Assembly: GCF_004010195.1 (NCBI RefSeq)
Contig: NC_057719.1
Location: forward strand, 85,114,558-85,178,557
Length of the DNA stretch: 64,000 nt
Direction: 5' to 3'
DNA from: Chiloscyllium plagiosum
Taxonomy: Eukaryota
Shown: positions 37,730 to 50,492 of the stretch, in pieces
Position numbering within the stretch: the stretch's first letter is position 1
Layout of the letters: each line of letters starts with the position of its first letter
The notes under the pieces: generated by a model
Told to the model about the DNA's origin: nothing
The model's database searches: none
Seen by the model: only the letters and a program-made list of their open reading frames with translations
Position numbers and translations under genes: made by a program

Positions 37730-40700
37730 GGCTAACCCTTCTGTGGGTTGATCCACAATGTCATTAGGTAGGGATTTCCAGGATTCTGACCCAGAGACAG
37801 TGAAGGAACAACAATATATTTCCAAGTCAGGATGGTGCGTGACTTGGAGAGGAACCTGAAGGTGGTAGTGTCCCATGTTTCTGTTGCATTTGTCCTTCTA
37901 AATGGAAGTGGTCATAGGTTTAGAAGGTGCTTTCTGAGGACCTTCGATGAATTTCTGCAGTGGACCTTGTTGATAGTATACATTGCTGCTACTAAACATC
38001 GGTAGTGGAGGAAGTATATGTAGTGCTCATCAAGAGGGCTGCTTTGTCCTGGATGGTGTCAAGCTTCTTCAGTGTTGTTGGAGCTACACTCACAGGCTAA
38101 GTGGTGAGTATTCCATCACACTCCTGACTTATACCTTGTAGATGATGAATATGCTGTGGGGAGTCAGGGGATGAGTCACTTGCCACAGTATTCCTAGCCT
38201 CTGACCTGCTCTTGTAGCCAGTCTATTTACCTGGCATTTGTTTGGCATGAATGTTACTTGCTATTTGCCAGCTGAAGACTGGACTTTGTCCAGATCATGT
38301 TGTATTTGGACTTAGGCTGCTTCTGTATCTGAGGAGTGACAATTGGTGTTGAACATTGTGCAATCATCAGCGGATATCTCCACTTCTAACCTTATGATGG
38401 AGGGAAGGTCATTGACGAAGCAGCTGAAGATGGTTGGACCTAGGACACTACCCTGAGAACACCTGCAGAAATGTCCTGGCGTGAGATGATTGACCTCCAG
38501 CAACCGTGACCACCTTGGTTGTGGGTGGCACGGTGGCACAGTGGTTAGCACTGCTGCCTCACTGCGCCAGTGATCCAGGTTCGATTCCAGCCTTGGGTGA
38601 CTGTGTGGAGTTTGCACATTCTCCCCGTGTCTATGCGGGTTTTCTCGGAGTGTTCCGGTTTCCTCCCACAGTCCAAAGACGTGCAAGTCAGGTGAATTGG
38701 CCATGCTAAATTGCCCCATAGTGTTAGGTGCATTAGTCAGAGGGAAATGAGTCTGGGTGAGTTACTAATAGCAGGGTCAGTGTGGATTTGTTGGGCTGAA
38801 GGGCCTGTTTCCACACTGTAGGAAGTGTAGCCTAATCTTCCTACACATTAGGTATGACTCCAACGACCAGAGAGTTTGCCCCCTGATATTCAATGACTCC
38901 AGGTTTGTTGGTGCTCCTTGATGCCACACTTAGTCGAATACAGTCTTGATGTCAACTGCTGTTACTCTCACGTCACATCTGGAATTCAGCTCTTTTGTTC
39001 ATGTTTGAATCAAGGCTGCAATGGAGGAGTGGAGTGGCTTTTGTGGAACCTAAATTGGGCATCACTGAGCAGATTATTGCCGAGCAGATGCTATTTGATT
39101 GCACTATTGATGACACTTTCCATCACTTTACTGAAGAATGAGAGTAAATTATTGGGGTGGTAATTGGCTGGGTTTGATTTGTCCTACTTTTAATGTATAG
39201 GACATACCTGAGCAATTTTCCACACTGGCAGGTAGATGCCAGTGTCGTAATTAGGTTGAAGAGTTTGGGTAGTGGAGCAGCTAGCTCTGGAGCGCAGGCC
39301 TTCAGTACTACTGCCGGAATGTTGTCAGGGTCCATAGCCTTTGCAGTATTCAGTGTCGCCAACTGTTTCTTGATGTCACGTGGAGTGAACTAAATTGTTT
39401 GAAGACTGGTATCTTTATTGCTGGGGACCATTGGAGGAGGCAGAGATGGACATTTCACACTGAACATAGCTTTCGCAGCAATCTCTTGCACTGATGTGCC
39501 ATGTTCTTCCATCAAGGAGGTTGAGGATATTTGTGGAACCATCTCCTCCAGTGAGTCGTTTAATCGTCCACGGTCACTCACGATTGGGTGTGGCAGGACT
39601 GCAGAGCTTGGATCTGATCCGTTGGTTGTGGGATTGCGTAGCTCTGTCTATCACTTGGTGCTTTTGCTATTTCGTATGCAAGTAGTACTGATTGGTAGCT
39701 TCACCAGATTGACATCTCATTTTCAGATATGCCTGATGAAGCTCCTGGCATACCATCCTTCACTCTTCATTGAACCAGGATTGATATCCTGGCTTGATGG
39801 TAATGGTTGAGTAGGGGATATGCTGGGCCAAGAGGTTACAGATTGTGCTTGAGTAAAATTATGCTGCTGCTGATGGCCCACAGCAGCTCATAGATGCCCA
39901 GTCTTAAGTTGTTTTTTCTGTTCAAAGTATGTCCCATTTAGCATGGTGATAGTGCCACACATCATGATGAAGGTTATTCTCAACGTGAAGGCAGGACTTC
40001 ATCTCCACAAGAACTGTGTGATGGTTAACTTTTACCAATACTGTCATGGTCAGATGCATCTGCAACTGGCAGATTGGTAAGGATGAAGTTAAGTACAATT
40101 TTCCTTCTGTTGGTTCCTTCACCACCTGCTACAGACTCAGTCTAGCAGTTATATCTTTTAAGACCCATCCAGTGCTGCTGCCAAGCTGCTGTTGGTGGTG
40201 GAAATTGAAGTCCCCCACCCAGTGTACATTTTAGGCCCTTACCATCCTCAGTGCTTCCTCTAAGTGCTGTTCAACATGGAGGAGTACCGAGTCATCAGCA
40301 CAGGGAATACAGTACACGACATTCAGCCGGAGGTTTCCTTGCTCACATTTAACCTGAATCCATGAGACTTCCTGAGGGCTGGAGTCAATGTTGAGGACTA
40401 TCAGGGCAACTCCCTTCCAACTATATACCACTATGCTGCCACCTCTGTCCTACCAGTGGGACAGGACATATCCAGGGATGTTGATGATGGTGTCTGGGAC
40501 ATGGTCTATACGGTATAATTCCATGAGTATGACTATGTCAGGCTGTTACTTGATTAGTTTGTGACACAACACTAGCCCCTAGATGTTAGAAAGGAGGATT
40601 TTGCAGGTGAAGAGAGCTGTTTCTGCTATGGTTTTTTCCCATGCCTAGGTTGACGCTAGTTGATCCATCTGGTTTCATTTCTTTGAGACTTTGTAGTGAT

Positions 40701-40892
40701 TGATACAAAAGAATAGCTTGCTTGGGCATTTCAGAGGGCAACTGAGTCAACCACATTGCTGTGGGTCTAAGAGTCACATTAGATCAGATCAGGTCAGAAT
40801 GGCAGGGATATTAGTGAACGAGATGTGCTTTTCTGACAATTGACAATCGTTTCACGATCATCAGTAGACTCTTAATTCCAGATTTTTTTTTC
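37730..40892 (-). mobile_element. Near full-length decayed LINE family B (APE endonuclease + RT) whose 5' region is shared with SINE family B
   Basis: Peptides EVSWIQVK...VLLHVEQHLEEAL, VKEPTEGK, KAMDPDNIPAVVLKACAPELAAPL, QGSVLGPTIFSCFVNDLPS...ADDCT. Region 40725-40890 matches the SINE body at 36856-37023. Confidence 0.9.
38523..38837 (+). mobile_element. V-SINE (HE1-like) nested in LINE B
   Basis: gggtggcacggtggcacagtggttagcactgctgcctc...ggttcgattcc...V domain. Confidence 0.93.
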
Positions 40893-41644
40893 TTATACTC
40901 TGTTTAGTGTCAACACTTTCCACTCCTCGGAACCTAAACCTGTTTGCCCACCTTTCTTTGCCTCAATATTGGCAGAACCTAGAGATAGCTAACTCATCTG
41001 TTGAAATGGTTCTATAAACAATTTGACTCTCAACTACACTTTGATTTTAAAACTGGATCTGCCATGCCATGCATTAGGTAGGTTTACTTCTAGTAATTTT
41101 AGTATGCCTTCCTTTCCTATATCATAATTCACATTGTAATAATACTCCCAGTGATTGCTGATTTGTACATCTTCAAGAGATCATTTTTTGTTGATTCTTT
41201 TCAAGACTGGAAAGCTTGAATTTTTTTTTTCCTAACACCAAGATTTCAATTGCCTACCTACTTTCCTTCAAAAGCTGTCAATCATTGTTCTCTCTCAGAT
41301 CATTTATTTAAATCTGTAAACGTTAAGAAAATGTGCACAGCAAGATTGAAACTGCATTAAAGCTGGATATGTAGTGTAGTGGTGGAGGAAATCAATTAGC
41401 ATGGCTGTTGTTAAAAATTGAATTGGACTGGTGGAATGAGAAATAGATGAAAAACTGAAAGCAGCTAAATATTTGAATCCAGAGAGAAGGATCAACCAAT
41501 CTGATTGCCAAATGATCCTAAAACCACTCCATGGGATTTTGCAGTCCAAAAGTTCTAGTTTCTTCTTGCTCTAGAACGACAGAAGCAAGTGTTCTTTTGC
41601 TGGAATTACATGATGGTGGATAGGAAGTCCTCCACGACAACATA

Positions 41645-41976
41645 GGGGCAGCACGGTGGCTCAGTGGTTAGCACTGCTGCCTCACAGCACCAGGGACCCA
41701 GGTTCAATTCCTGCCTCGGGTAACTGTCGGTGTGGAGTTTGCACATTCTCCTTGTGTCTGCGTGGGTTTACTCTGGGTGGTCCGGTTTCCTCCCACAGTC
41801 CAAAGGAATGCAGGTTAGATGAATTGGTCATGCTAAATTGCCCACAGTGTAGGTGCATTCGTTAGGGGTAAATACAGGGTAGAGGAATGGGTGTGGTTGG
41901 TTTGCTCTTCAGACGGTTGGTGTGGACTTGGGCCAAAGGGCCTGTTCTCATACTGTAGGGAATCTACTCTAAATCA
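41645..41976 (+). mobile_element. V-SINE (HE1-like), full length
   Basis: ggggcagcacggtggctcagtggttagcactgctgcctc...ggttcaattcc...V domain...gggaatctactctaaatc. Confidence 0.93.
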
Positions 41977-43291
41977 AACTGAAGCATAACCTCCATATTT
42001 CTTAGGTGAATCTATTTTGTGTGGTGATAATAGTTTATATTATCTCTTCTGTTTCTTTTTCCACCATTGTTTCTTGAGCTCTTTATAGACAAATAGTAAA
42101 AGGAAATCCACGATGGAGGACGGGAAAAATTTCTGGCTGTAACAGCTGCTCCTTTTTCTGAGGTATTTTTGGTGCTGGATGTGATTTCCTCTAATTCCAG
42201 GAGCAGCAATTACTGTTTTTTATGCTGTTGCATTGTTTTGGAACTTCATGAATGAAGAAGAGTAAACTCAGTTTCACAAATAAACGATAGGCTGCATAAT
42301 AGAATAACGTATCTTATTACTTAGGCTCGTTTCTTGAAAATTTCTCAACTACTTCTGACTTTTTTGTTTAAAGTATCTAGGTTCCACGATTTCAGTTTAT
42401 GTAACGTCATTGCTGAGCTTCTGTTCTAGCATAAAATCTCCCCAGGGCAGCATTCTAGTTAAACAGGCGAGGTTGAAACATGAGCTTTACATAATAAATT
42501 ATTCCTTTTAAAAGGAAATATACATTGTGGCAATTCAGAGTCTCTCAGTAAGCCACTATTTAAAACATCCCAGAGGTGTTGCCTATCAATGAGCAAAGGA
42601 ATTAGGTTCAGTTTCTTTCTGAGCAGTCAGAAAAACTAAATTTCTTTAACCAGTTCCAGCATTATCCTCACAGTTATATTTTCTCCACAAATATGCGAGA
42701 ACATTATTTTCCAATTTTCACATGCACACTATGTGAATGTCTCATCCACACGAAAACAAATAAAATTTAGTGCAACTACGATTAGAGATGTGAATGTGTG
42801 GCTCAAATTTGAACGTGTGTCCAAATTTATGCGATAATGGCACTATTACTGGAGGAAGTGGGATCTACACTGTATGGATGGTCGACATCTGAATCAAATA
42901 TTGAGACTGGCATTATAGTAATTTGCAAAACTAGGCAAGTAGAGGGCTTCAGACTAATTTTTCTTTTAAAAAGGTATGAATGATCAAGCTTGGGTGGATG
43001 CAGCAAATTAAAGGATAGATTCAAGGCTGGAATCAATATATTAATAAAGGAAACGAAGGTCAGAGAATGCAGGAAGGGGCAGGGGTAAAAGAAGACCTAA
43101 GCATACTCCAAAAGTCATGGCTAGATGTTACAAAGTCGAAGCTTAATGCATGGCATTTATAAAGTAAATGAACTGATAATAGACATTCAAGTGAATATGA
43201 TCCACAGCCAGTACACAGATATGATTGTAGGATGCTGAAAATGTGTTGCTGGAAAAGCGCAGCAGGTCAGGCAGCATCCAGGGAACAGGAG

Positions 43292-43327
43292 AATCGACGT
43301 TTCGGGCATAAGCCCTTCTTCAGGAAT
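43292..43327 (-). ncRNA. Minimal hammerhead motif, intact core, same strand as the host gene
   Basis: Minus strand attc-CTGAAGA-a-gggc(ttat)gccc-GAAA-cg-TC^-gatt; stem I is weak (one mismatch). Confidence 0.7.
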
Positions 43328-43789
43328 GAGGAAAGTTTGTCCAGCAGGCTAAGATAAAAGGTAGGGAGGAGGGACTTGGGGGAGGGGTGTCGGAAATGTG
43401 ATAGGTTAGACTTGCCCTTCAATGCTGGTTCACTCGGCCCATCGTGTCTGTGTTAGTTTCTTTGAAAGTTATCACACAAATCATGATTACATTGAAACGT
43501 GGAATATACTTGATGGGCTATGCACACTCGAGAGTGTGGTGTGGGAAAAGCACAGCCGATCAGGCAGCATCCGAGAAGCAGGAGAATCGACGTTTCAATC
43601 ATAAGCCCTTCAGGAATCAGCCCTATGCACCCTGTAGATGGCCCTCAGATCTTTGTACAGCCTCCCCTCAGCCTTCTTAGGTCGAAGGAAAACAAGTCTC
43701 TGTTCGCAGCTGAGCTAGAACTCCGGCCCAGTCAACATCCTGGTCAATCACTTCTACAATCTCTCGAGTGCAATCACATCCTTCCTATG

Positions 43790-44552
43790 AGTACATGGAA
43801 CATTCCTTGTTCCAGTCCTGTTCTGGCCTCCATCCACAACTCTTTCTCAGGTATATCAATGACATTATCAGTGCTGCTTCCTTCTCTTGTCTGGAATTGG
43901 ACAACTTTATAAATTTTGCTTCCAATTTTCACTCTGCTCTCAACTTCACCTGATCCATCTCTGATTCCTGCCTTCCATTCCTTGACATCTCTGTTTCCAT
44001 TTCTAGGGATAGACTGGTCACCAAATCCATTACAATCTCATCGGCTCCCCTTGAGTAGACATCCTCACATCCCATTTCCTGTAATGGAATTGAATTTGCT
44101 TTATTGTCACTTGCCTTGAATGAGTGCTTACGGCACTGTCTTACATATAAGATACTTAAATATTTGGTATAAAAGAATAATAAATAAAAATCTGGCATAA
44201 TAAAAAGTTTTTAAAATGTACTTGAAATACAGTATACTTCACCATAGTCCATGCCAGCATCTAACCTCCACACTGCACTGGGCCAAGTGTCCAAACCATG
44301 CTGGGCTTCAAAACTCGAGGCTTCGCCTCCAGTCTGCAAGGACCTCTCCTCACCGTGCTGGCCTCTGGTCTGGGACTCGCTCCCCCATTCTTCTCTGGCT
44401 AAGTTTAAGAGTTTAAAAGTTTGAAAAAGAAATTCCAAAAGAGAAACAGAACAGGTGGACCTCCAGCTGGAGTGTCCTACCCTATTGCCATCTTGCCAGT
44501 CCTGTAAAATCTCTCTTTCATTCTCTCAGTTCCTCTATTGGATGTGTTCTGA
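43790..44552 (+). mobile_element. Old PLE reverse transcriptase core fragment (inside the composite)
   Basis: YMEHSLFQS...PQLFLRYINDII (RYIDD motif mutated)...FINFASNFHSALNFT*SISDSCLPFLDISV; interrupted by 44085-44499. Confidence 0.85.
44085..44499 (-). mobile_element. Non-autonomous, non-coding retroposon with 8-bp TSD
   Basis: Minus strand starts ctggCAAGATGGCaatag and ends gtgacaataaagcaaattcaattcca; TSD tcctgtaa at 44077-44084 and 44500-44507. Confidence 0.75.
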
Positions 44553-44714
44553 CGCCTTCCTAACCTGCAATCTTCTTCCCGACCTCTCCGCCCCCACCCC
44601 AGTCTGACCTATCATCCTCACCTTGACCTCTTTCCACCTATCACATTTCTGACGCCCCTCCCCCAAGTCCCTCCTCCCTACCTTTTATCTTAGCCTGCTG
44701 GACAAACGTTCCTC

Positions 44715-44750
44715 ATTCCTGAAGAAGGGCTTATGCCCGAAACGTCGATT
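44715..44750 (+). ncRNA. Minimal hammerhead motif, intact core
   Basis: attc-CTGAAGA-a-gggc(ttat)gccc-GAAA-cg-TC^-gatt. Confidence 0.7.
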
Positions 44751-47364
44751 CTCCTGTTCCCTGGATGCTGCCTGACCTGCTGCGCTTTTCCAGCAACACA
44801 TTTTCAGCTGTGATCTCCAGCATCTGCAGACCACTTTCTCCTCTATGATTGTAGGATGACAAGGATTAGGTTATGAATGTTAAACAGTAGATAATATTAA
44901 AACAGAATAAGAAGCTTAGTAAAGGTTAAGGGACAGCACTGGTGCAATTGTTCCAGATGACCTTGATTCAAGTGATCAGAATGTAGAATCAGTTTGGTTG
45001 TAGATGAGGATTAGTAGATGAAGTAAATTGCTAGTATGAGTTATCTACAGTACCTATAATGTTGGACAAAGTATGCAAAAAGAAACATTAGAACCTTGTA
45101 ATAAAGGGACAGCAATAATCATGGATGATTTTAATCCACTTTTAAACTGGAAAAACCATAGTGGCAAAAATAGTCTGGATAATAAATTCATAGAATGCTT
45201 GTGTGATAGTTTCTTGGTTTCTAGAACTCACCAAATAGCAAGTTATGTAAGACTTGGTACCGCATAATGAGATAAGATTAATTCATGAGCTTAAGGTACA
45301 TTTAGGCAGCAGTGACTATGAAATTACTAAATGTTACGTGCAGTTTGCAAGTGAATGCTCTAAACTTAAATCAAGGTATTTACGTGCATCAAAGCTGAGC
45401 AAGCTGAAGTGAAATGGGTTTATTAGGCTAGGAGATGGAGAAGCAGAGGTAGACATTGAAGGAGTCATTTCAGAATACTTTGAATCCTCTGGTTAATGAG
45501 AGAAGTTAAAGAAAGCATTGCATTAAGACTAAACAAATAACTGCACAAAAATAAATAAATGGAAGGTCAGTATATAAAAAATGCCAAAGAATGAGTAAAA
45601 GGTTAATCAGGCAAAAGAAGTTAAAAGTATGAGACAAAACCAGATAGAAATGTTTAAAATAGATGAACAGGCATCTTAAAAAAATAAAATGATTGAGAGT
45701 GGGGAGTTAATAGTAGATAATAAGGCAGTGACAGATGAAATGAACGATATTTTGCTCTGTCTTTGCTATGAGAATATTTTTTTAAAAAGCTATAAAACAT
45801 CAAGTGGTAGGGGTGAACTCAGTGAAATTACAGAGATTGAATAAATTGATTACAAGGTGACAAGTCCCTTGATGAAAGATGTGCTAAATTCTTTTTAAAA
45901 AGGTGGCTATGAGGTACTAAATACATTGATGTTAATTTTTCAAAACTTCTTCATTCTGGAAAAGTTTTAATGAAAATGGAAAGTAGCAAATGTAAACCTT
46001 CTATTCAAGGAGGGTAGCAAGCAGAAAACAGAAAACTAAAACCTAGTTAGCTTGATAGCTGCCACTGGGAAGATATTAGGAGTTCATCATTGAGGTGGTT
46101 ATAGCTGGGACTCAAATATTCAAGGTAATCAAAAAATTTAGCATGGATTTGTGAACGGGAAAACACATTAAACCAATTTATTGGAGTTCTTTGTAGGAGT
46201 GACGTGTTGAGGGTAAGGAAGAGCCTGCTAATGTACTGCATTTGGATTCTCAGAAAGAATTTGACAAAGTGTCACATAAAAACTTATTGTGCAAAATATG
46301 AGCATGAAGTGTGGGTAGTAATCGATAAGGACGAATGGATGGAAGATTGGCTGGCTGTACGAAAACAGAATATGCAGAAATGGATATTTTTGATTGCCAA
46401 GATATGATGGTTCAGTCTTGCAGGGGCCTGTTTTGGGGCTTCAGGTTTTTCCAATTTATATCAATGACTTAGATGAGCAGAGCAAAGATGTAAAGTAACT
46501 AAATTTTCAGAAAACAAATATTTCATACACAATCTTTATGTCATGAAGACGACTTGAGGAAGTTGCAGACTCATATAGATAGATTGACTGACTTGACAAA
46601 AATCTAGCAGGTGGACTCTACTATGGAAAAATGCAAAATTGTTCACTTTGGAAAGAAGTGTAAAAAAGCACATTATTATCTAAATGAAGAATGATTGCAG
46701 AATTCTGGGTGCGGAGGAATGTAGATGTTCTGGTGCACAAATGACAAAAGCTTAATATGCAAATCAAGCAAATAATTAAGAAAACTAAGGAATGCTGAGA
46801 GGAATTGTGATGTTATGCTTCAGTTCTGCAGTTGCTGAGACTACATCAGAATACTATTTACAAGTCTGGTCTCCTTATTTAAGGAAGGATGCAAATACAT
46901 CAGAGTGGGTTCAGAGGAGGTTTACTAGACTTACACCTGGAATGAATTGGTCATATGAAGAAAGGTTAGACAGGCTGGGCTTGCTTTCCCTGCAGTTTAG
47001 AAGATAGATAATTTGATAGATTTTGAACATTCTAGAAAGGATCGGAATGGGAATGGATTTGGAAATTAATGTTTCCTCTTATGAATAAGACAAGATCCAG
47101 GGAGCAGTGTTTTAAAATTAGGGGTCACCCTTTTAGGACAGAGATATAATCAATTTATTTCTCCGTGGATTGCATGACTTTGGAACTCTTTACCACAGGT
47201 AGTGAAGGCAGGGTCATGGAATAACTTTAAGGCCGAGGCAGATAAATTTTTATATAACCAAGGAAATCAAAGTTTATCAGATGTTAATGGGAATGTAGAA
47301 TTTCAAACACAACAGATCGCGATCTTGTTGAATGATGAGAAAACCAAAGGAGTTTAATCAACTA

Positions 47365-47493
47365 GACAAAAGTGAGGATTTCAGATGCTGGAGATTAGAG
47401 TCAAGGGTGTGGTGCTGGACAAGCACAGCAGGTCAGGCAGCATCCGAGGAGCAGGAATATCGACATTTTGGGCAAAAGCCCTTCATCAGGAAT
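47365..47493 (-). mobile_element. Solo PLE pLTR (hammerhead GAAA mutated)
   Basis: aaaagtgaggatttcagatgctggag...atcgacattttgggcaaaagcccttcatcaggaat. Confidence 0.85.
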
Positions 47494-47701
47494 ATTCTGT
47501 TCCGAATTCATGTTTGCATATGAAACTCTAAGGATTAGCATATGTTTGTCAGCAGTTAACTTTCACTCCGAAATAACATTCATATAATTAAACAATTTTT
47601 TGGCAATAATAAACTGAAGTAAAGCAGCTCCAAAAGAGATACAACATCAGATACTAGAATTCATGAAGCTTTAAATAAATTATAATATTATAGTAACCCT
47701 A

Positions 47702-48075
47702 ATAGAGTCATAGAGATGTACAGCATGGAAACAGACCCTTCGGTTCAACTCGTCCATGCCGACCAGATATCCCATACAAATCTAGTCCCACCTGCCAGCA
47801 CCCGGCCCATATCCCTCCAAACCCTTCCTATTCATATACCCATCCAATTGCCTCTAAAATGTTGCAATTGTACCAGCCTCCACCACATCCTCTGGCGGCT
47901 CATTCCATACACATACCACCCTCTGCGTGAAAACCTTTCAAGTTTCACAACATCTTTCCGATTGGAAGGAGACCAGAATTGCATGCAATATTCCAACAGT
48001 GACCTAACCATTGTCCTGTACAGCCGCAACATAACCTCTCAACTCCTGTACTCAATACTCTGACTAATAAAGGAA
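47702..48075 (-). mobile_element. CR1 3' fragment with an internal deletion
   Basis: ORF MLRLYRTMVRSLLEYCMQFWSP...KDVVKLERF joined directly to the 3' end; tail atagagtcatagag. Confidence 0.88.
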
Positions 48076-48989
48076 ATGATTATAGATGAATCCAAGTATG
48101 GACCAAAGTTATCCAAGGACAGAACAGGAACCAACCTTAATATTTTTTCCACAGTTCCAATTGTCTCCCTTTAAATCTCATGGTCTGATGGCAGTGTTGC
48201 AAGCTTGGGTATGACATTTCACAGGCAGCAATCATCCAGTGCCTGGTTGAGCCAGTATTTCTTCATCGCGAGTCCGATATCCTGGCAGGATATCAGATCC
48301 TAGCAGCCATTCCAGAGCAGTTCTGCACTATGCCATCCCAATGTCTTTATTAGAGATTCCTAAACTACTTATGCAGTGCTCTCCTTCAGATTTCTGCCTG
48401 ATGCATGCTCCATATTGTGGCAATGATTTTCACCATACCCAGTAAAGATGAATTCTTAGTTCAATTAGATAGGATTACATTTCTTATTTGTCTTCCAACT
48501 GGCTTTATTTGTTCCTCAGGAATTAACATCCACAACTTTATGTTTCAATTGCTGAGCTTTCAAATATTGAGCAACATAACTTGCTCTGACATCAGTTATA
48601 CAGTTGTAGAAGCCAAAGTTTGCTGATGAGGATGTGGTTTGCAGTGTTATCCAATACTTTATAGCTTTGAAACACAATTCATGTGTCTTTGTATCTCAGA
48701 TAAACATGCCTCCTATTCCCCATTCCACGCATCAGTTTGAAAACTTTGCATCTGCACAAATCACTTCCAACAAGATAAACGGGAATGAGTGCCTGGCAGC
48801 TCCTCTTACAGCTTGACCTTTTTAAAGACACTCTCACTGTGGCCATCATCATTCAGTATAGACTTTGACACTAATTTGATACTAATATCTTTTTGTGACT
48901 TGTTTTATACCAGAGAAATTATCTATACCTACCAGGGAGCTTCCAAAAACTTTTGATTAATTGGCAGAGGAAAAAGCATACTGGATATA

Positions 48990-49585
48990 TAAAAACAAAA
49001 CTGCAGATGCTGAAAATCTGAAACAAACTGCTGAAGAAACTCAATAGGTCTGGCAGCATCTGTGGAGAGGAAAGTGAAGTCAACATTTCAGGTCCAAAGA
49101 TCCTTTATAGGTCTGTTCTGAAGAATGATTTGGAGAACACAGGAGGCTAACACCTTCAACATATTGTCTAGCTAACACCCATTGTTACAGTTAACCGGAG
49201 AATACAACTTTTAAAAAAAAGTTTTGTGATTTACACATGAAAGAAGTGAAACTATCATAGTATTCTAACAGATGAAAGCCTCAACAAACAATTAAAGGTA
49301 TTATTCAATGTATAATTTCAGTTACATCATACTGCAAACTTTTTTGCTATAAATTCTGTGCTGACAATTGTGCCCTCCATAACCACCTGATGGCATAGTG
49401 CATGAAGGAGCGGCGCTCCGAAAGCTAGTGTGCTTCCAATTATACCTGTTGGACTATAACCTGGTGTTGTGTGATTTTTAAAACTTTGTTCTGAAGGAGT
49501 GTTACTGAACCTCAAATGTTGACTCTGCTTTCTCTCCATAGATGCTGCCAAACCTATTGAATTTTTTGAGCAATTTTTGTTTTTA
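48990..49585. mobile_element. Old palindromic PLE-derived element, split by a second PLE
   Basis: actcaataggtctggcagcatctgtggagaggaaag...caacatttca (left) versus aatgttgactctgctttctctccatagatgctgccaaacctattga (right, inverted). Confidence 0.75.
49127..49486 (+). mobile_element. PLE 3' region/pLTR of a different family; hammerhead core disrupted by a 12-nt insertion
   Basis: ccac-CTGATG[gcatagtgcatg]A-a-ggagc(ggc)gctcc-GAAA-gc-TA-gtg; TSD tgttctgaag at 49114-49123 and 49487-49496. Confidence 0.75.
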
Positions 49586-50334
49586 TACTAGGCTTCTGTA
49601 CCATATTAGGAGAACATATGGGTAGCAGTCCAGAAAATGCAATAACTCAGTTCTCATTTTGGCATAGTACTATTATCACATATTTCTTTATTAACAGATA
49701 CATATAATGTGCTATTCACTACACTAAAAGCTTCACTTCAAATAAACAGACTCAAAGATTAGTATACATGAGACTGATGTTGCACATTAAAATGCAAAAT
49801 CAAACAATCAATAGCATTTTCTGCTCTAGCCACTGCCATTTCTAGAGTAGATGTGATGTGAAACTAGTTATAATGGCTAAGAGATTTACTGCACATTAAA
49901 AGCATTCTAATCCTAGACGTGTTGAGGAATTTCTGAATCCAGTATTAACATTGGACACAGCCTCAGCACAGCACTATCTAAACGGCAGTGCTGTGATAGT
50001 TTCTCTCGTCTGTTTGAGCCATCCTGAAAGATTTTCTTAGTTTAGTGCCTATAGCCTACCAGAAATAAGACATGCTGATTCAAAACCCAAATTTTAATCA
50101 CAGCAAGATATGCAAATCTTATGTAGAAAAAATATTTTCAACTTATTAATTGTTATCTGTACTGTTCACCTACGTCACAAGAGAGTTTTAATGTATTTTA
50201 ATGATGTAATTTCAATGTTAGCAACAGAAAATAATTTACAGAATATTACAGGAAAGTTGCATATACAGCCTTTTGTAAAACCAAACTGCATGTAAATCAG
50301 TATCGATGCCAATGCGTGAAGCGTAAGTCGTCCA

Positions 50335-50492
50335 TGGATTTAAGTCCCTCAAGAAACTTCAGCACATCTAGTTTTAATACTACAGTGCAAGATTTGGAGA
50401 TTGCTGCGCAGTCAGAGATGCTCTATAAGGTAGAACATTAAAATGAAGCCCCATTTGTCTTCTCAGGTGGACATAATAGATAACATGGCATT
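50335..50492 (+). mobile_element. Old Deu-domain SINE fragment
   Basis: gccccatttgtcttctcaggtggacataatagataacatggca. Confidence 0.6.

Larger units (their letters stand above)
43235..44843. mobile_element. Young PLE-bounded composite insertion: inverted pLTR arms enclosing ~1.1 kb of mosaic DNA
   Basis: Arms 43234-43406 and ~44636-44808 are near-identical inverted copies. Perfect 15-bp TSD tatgattgtaggatg (43220-43234 and 44844-44858). Confidence 0.92.
43045..47362 (+). mobile_element. Old, heavily decayed CR1 ORF2, interrupted at 43235-44843
   Basis: TAIIMDDFNP (endonuclease), YYLQVWSPYLRKD...VQRRFTRLTPG...YEERLDRLGL; the endonuclease sequence is collinear across the PLE insertion. Confidence 0.85.

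Noticed and set aside
41645..41720. tRNA genes at SINE heads (also 38523, 29896, 30215, 36734)
   Set aside because: A/B boxes run directly into SINE bodies; no complete cloverleaf.
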